Below, one piece after another: positions 61,538 to 64,000 of a stretch of DNA of 64,000 nt. The translations under genes and the position numbers were made by a program. This DNA comes from a virus. The stretch covers positions 1-64,000 of the IMG/VR virus record IMGVR_UViG_3300032236_001065; one strand, 5' to 3'. Numbering within the stretch: position 1 is the first letter of the stretch; each line of letters starts with the position of its first letter. The notes beneath the pieces were generated by a model. The model did no database searches, was not told where the DNA came from, and worked only from the letters and a program-made list of their open reading frames with translations.

Positions 61538-61609
61538 TTCCCGTTCGTCCAATTGGCAGGACAATGGCCTTTGAAGCCATGAATCGTGGTCCGAATCCAC
61601 GGCGGGAAG
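61538..61609 (+). tRNA. tRNA-Gln(TTG)
   Basis: TTCCCGT/GCGGGAA, GTCC/GGAC, ATGGC-CTTTGAA-GCCAT, CGTGG-TCCGAAT-CCACG. Confidence 0.9.
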
Positions 61610-61610
61610 C

Positions 61611-61730
61611 GAGGCTACAGATGGCACACCTTAGTATGGATATAGTTACACATAAACATGTACCCGAGTGTAAGAGTTCGGGGAGATAGGGCAGCGTCAT
61701 TCGGTGCTGGAATATCCATCTGTAGTCCTC
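61611..61730 (+). ncRNA. Candidate structured ncRNA, family unknown
   Basis: 14-bp closing stem GAGGCTACAGATGG/CCATCTGTAG(T)CCTC plus internal helices; abuts tRNA-Gln. Confidence 0.55.
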
Positions 61731-61758
61731 ATCTAAATGATGTTATAATTAAACTATC

Positions 61759-62301
61759 ATGACAGATGCCCACGATCAAAAAATGACTTTCACTGTTCTG
61801 GCTCATATACCAGAACATGACCCCAGGGAATCTGATCCAAATTACAAATATTTTAATGCAGCCAAAAAACGCATAAAAAAGGCGGGACTTTGGAAATGTG
61901 CCATAAATGATGATTTATGCGGTGGACAAATGGAATTACACCATACACACATAGAATTTAGCCAGATACCTAATGCTGATAAGGTTAAAGTAGAGGCATA
62001 TTTTGGGTTAAATTTCAAGGATGATCAAGAGTTTCAAGTGTGGCTAGAAAGTCCAGGAAATCTTGAGGTATTGTGTACTAATCACCATAGGACACATTAT
62101 GGGATTCACACCCTGCCCCACGCTCTTTGGGAAGCCCTGCGTTTTAGAAAAAATGGTACTTTGCCTTCTGCAGAAGTAATACCAAATGCTAAAAAGAAAA
62201 AGTTTGATATCAAAGAAGCTTTGGGTTCAAAACCAAATGCTGATATAATTAAGGCGGAGGAAACAAACAATGGCAATCAATCATCAAATAGTAACAGTTG
62301 A
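61759..62301 (+). CDS. HNH-family protein
   Basis: C.....C....ELHH, NL..LC..HH....GIH; TGTTATAAT 61741-61749. Confidence 0.7.
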   Translation: MTDAHDQKMTFTVLAHIPEHDPRESDPNYKYFNAAKKRIKKAGLWKCAINDDLCGGQMELHHTHIEFSQIPNADKVKVEAYFGLNFKDDQEFQVWLESPGNLEVLCTNHHRTHYGIHTLPHALWEALRFRKNGTLPSAEVIPNAKKKKFDIKEALGSKPNADIIKAEETNNGNQSSNSNS

Positions 62302-62563
62302 CAATAGCGGAACTTCCCTTGTCAGCATTCCACAAGCAAATGCAATTCCTTATGAGAATAAGGTTTCAATTTCAATTCAGAATTTAGATTCAAACAATAC
62401 TGTTTACTTGGGAGCAGCTGGAGTCAGTGGCTCAGTTTATGGCTACGCTCTTGCAGCAGGTACAACATTTGCAATTGACCTACTTCCTGGCGATAAGCTT
62501 TTTGGAACAACAGGAACAAATGGTTTAACAGCACAAATTGCAGTTCTAGCAGCAGAGGTTTAA
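62270..62563 (+). CDS. Small beta-rich putative virion protein
   Basis: IQN......VYLG...V....GY.L..G; TGATATAAT 62241-62249 + GGAGG. Confidence 0.6.
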   Translation: MAINHQIVTVDNSGTSLVSIPQANAIPYENKVSISIQNLDSNNTVYLGAAGVSGSVYGYALAAGTTFAIDLLPGDKLFGTTGTNGLTAQIAVLAAEV

Positions 62564-62564
62564 T

Positions 62565-64000
62565 ATGGCTATAAGACTAAACTTAGGATCTTTATCAAAC
62601 AAGATTACTTTGCCTGGTCTTTTTCGCAATTTTTCAATATTAAGTGGTGGAACAACAACTTCTGATTCAATTTATTATTATACAACTTTTAACAGCACTG
62701 GAACTTTTAGTATTTCTAATGCACCATTAAAAGCAGATATTCTTGTTGTCGCTGGTGGCGGTGGCGGAGGATATCAACAGTCAGGCGGTGGTGGAGCTGG
62801 AGGATATCAATCTTTATCTTATAAGCTGCCTGTAGGAACATATACTGTAACTATCGGCGGCGGTGGTTATGGTGGATATGAAAATGTAAAAGGTGGTCAA
62901 GGAGCAAGCTCTTCTTTTGGTAGTTTAATTACTTCAGTTGGCGGCGGTGGCGGAGGCTCTTGGGGCCGTGGTGCAACAGGTGGAGTAACAAATGTTGGTG
63001 GAGATGGAGGTTCTGGTGGTGGTAATGGAATCGGAACTGGAAACCCAACTGGTGGACACGGAATTGCTGGGCAAGGACATGATGGCGGAACAAGTGCTTT
63101 CAATGGCGGTGGCGGCGGAGCAGGACAAATTGGGCAACAAGGAGATGCAGTAAATGGATCTTATGGCGGTGCTGGCGGAAATGGTTTAACTTGGTTTAAT
63201 GGTCAAACATATGCAGGCGGCGGCGGCGGAGGAGCATTCCAACCAGCCAATACTGTAGGAGGTGCTGGCGGTGCTGGCGGAGGCGGAGCTGGAAAATCTG
63301 GAAATATAAACGGAGATCCTGGCTCAACAAATACTGGCGGCGGCGGCGGTGCTGGAGGGCAATATTCAAGTTCTTTCCCATTTGGAAGTGGCGGAACGGG
63401 CGGTTCTGGAATTGTTATTCTTCGTTATCCTAAATCTATAGTAGCTTCAAATGATTCATCCCTTACATATATTACAATTAATGGAACAAGATATTCAATA
63501 TCAGACCTAGCTGGAATTAGCAACACAATTAATTTACCATATGGAACAACATCTGCAACAGTATCAGCAACCCAGTCAAACAAGTATGCAAAAATTAATA
63601 TATCTAGTACTTCAGGTTTTTCAACAGGAGATAATACATGTACCATAACAGTAACAGCTCAAGATCAAACAACAACCGCTTATACATTAAATCTTCATGT
63701 TATTGCAGCATCAACAGATACTAGAATAGGTACAGTTACAATAAATGGAACAACATATTCTGCAGATGATTTATCTGCAATTTCAGGCATTATTTCATTG
63801 CCATATGGAACAACTTCAGTAACAGTATCTGCAACTGCCCTAGATCAATTTGCAAGAATTGGTACTATAACTGGTAGTACAGATTTGTCTGTAGGAGATA
63901 ATACACTTCATATAGCTGTAATATCACAATCTGGTTTAATAGGATTTTATAATATTAATCTTGCAGTTGCAGCACCCGCAACAGATTCATCTTTATCATC
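62565..64000 (+). CDS. Glycine-rich paralog 9 fused to cadherin-like beta-sandwich repeats; 3' end outside window; not in ORF track
   Basis: MAIRLNLG...SGGTTTSDSIYYYTTF...ADILVVAGGGGGG...GGSGIVILRYP, then two (L..ITING....LPYGTTS.TVSAT....GDNT..I.V) repeats. Confidence 0.8.
   Translation, partial: MAIRLNLGSLSNKITLPGLFRNFSILSGGTTTSDSIYYYTTFNSTGTFSISNAPLKADILVVAGGGGGGYQQSGGGGAGGYQSLSYKLPVGTYTVTIGGGGYGGYENVKGGQGASSSFGSLITSVGGGGGGSWGRGATGGVTNVGGDGGSGGGNGIGTGNPTGGHGIAGQGHDGGTSAFNGGGGGAGQIGQQGDAVNGSYGGAGGNGLTWFNGQTYAGGGGGGAFQPANTVGGAGGAGGGGAGKSGNINGDPGSTNTGGGGGAGGQYSSSFPFGSGGTGGSGIVILRYPKSIVASNDSSLTYITINGTRYSISDLAGISNTINLPYGTTSATVSATQSNKYAKINISSTSGFSTGDNTCTITVTAQDQTTTAYTLNLHVIAASTDTRIGTVTINGTTYSADDLSAISGIISLPYGTTSVTVSATALDQFARIGTITGSTDLSVGDNTLHIAVISQSGLIGFYNINLAVAAPATDSSLS

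Noticed and set aside
61610-61730. HDV-like (theta) ribozyme, tmRNA, SRP RNA or fourth tRNA after tRNA-Gln
   Set aside because: The 5' strand pairs with the extreme 3' end, not the middle as HDV P1 requires; no tmRNA or SRP signature; no 7-nt anticodon loop or T-loop
1008-63646. Many short alternative-frame and minus-strand ORFs in the track
   Set aside because: Shadows of Gly-, Ala- and Gln-rich genes, without SD, promoter or recognisable motifs; all credible genes are on the + strand
1-64000. Stop-codon reassignment
   Set aside because: Long genes are intact under the standard code; TAA, TGA and TAG all end genes; no suppressor tRNA
1-64000. Prophage in a bacterial chromosome
   Set aside because: No integrase, repressor, att site or host housekeeping context in the window; dnaE, recA and dnaG sit in a phage-type module

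Overview
AT-rich, almost entirely + strand segment of a large tailed dsDNA phage with a long non-contractile (sipho-type) tail. The host is inferred to be a low-GC, probably freshwater, actinobacterium. That inference rests on DnaE, an FmdB-type Zn ribbon, a CHAP lysin, leaderless promoters and a gene order reminiscent of large Streptomyces phages. Gene order: collagen-like (Gly-X-Gln) fibre and eight tandem glycine-rich paralogs with small accessory genes (1-13 kb); LamG-like protein, portal, lysis cassette, protease/scaffold, capsid, neck, tail tube, frameshifted chaperone, tape measure and tail-tip genes (13-42.6 kb); HNH, phosphoesterase, holin, helicase, primase, SSB, DnaE, RecA, resolvases and Cas4-like nuclease (42.6-56 kb); methyltransferase/glycosyltransferase/sugar-isomerase island (56-58.4 kb); terminase; three tRNAs plus an unexplained structured RNA; HNH; and a ninth Gly-rich protein fused to cadherin-like repeats running off the window. 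Most notable observations: (1) GCGGG/CCCGC is strongly over-represented in all reading frames. (2) TCGA (and apparently CCGG) is absent, and two tRNA T-loops are altered in ways that remove TCGA. (3) A fibre + 'IGxSYD' protein + six-Cys protein module occurs twice. (4) The Gly-rich adhesin array. (5) A ~120-nt structured ncRNA after tRNA-Gln. Family names come from motif recognition by eye and motif counts are manual tallies; nothing was computed or searched.
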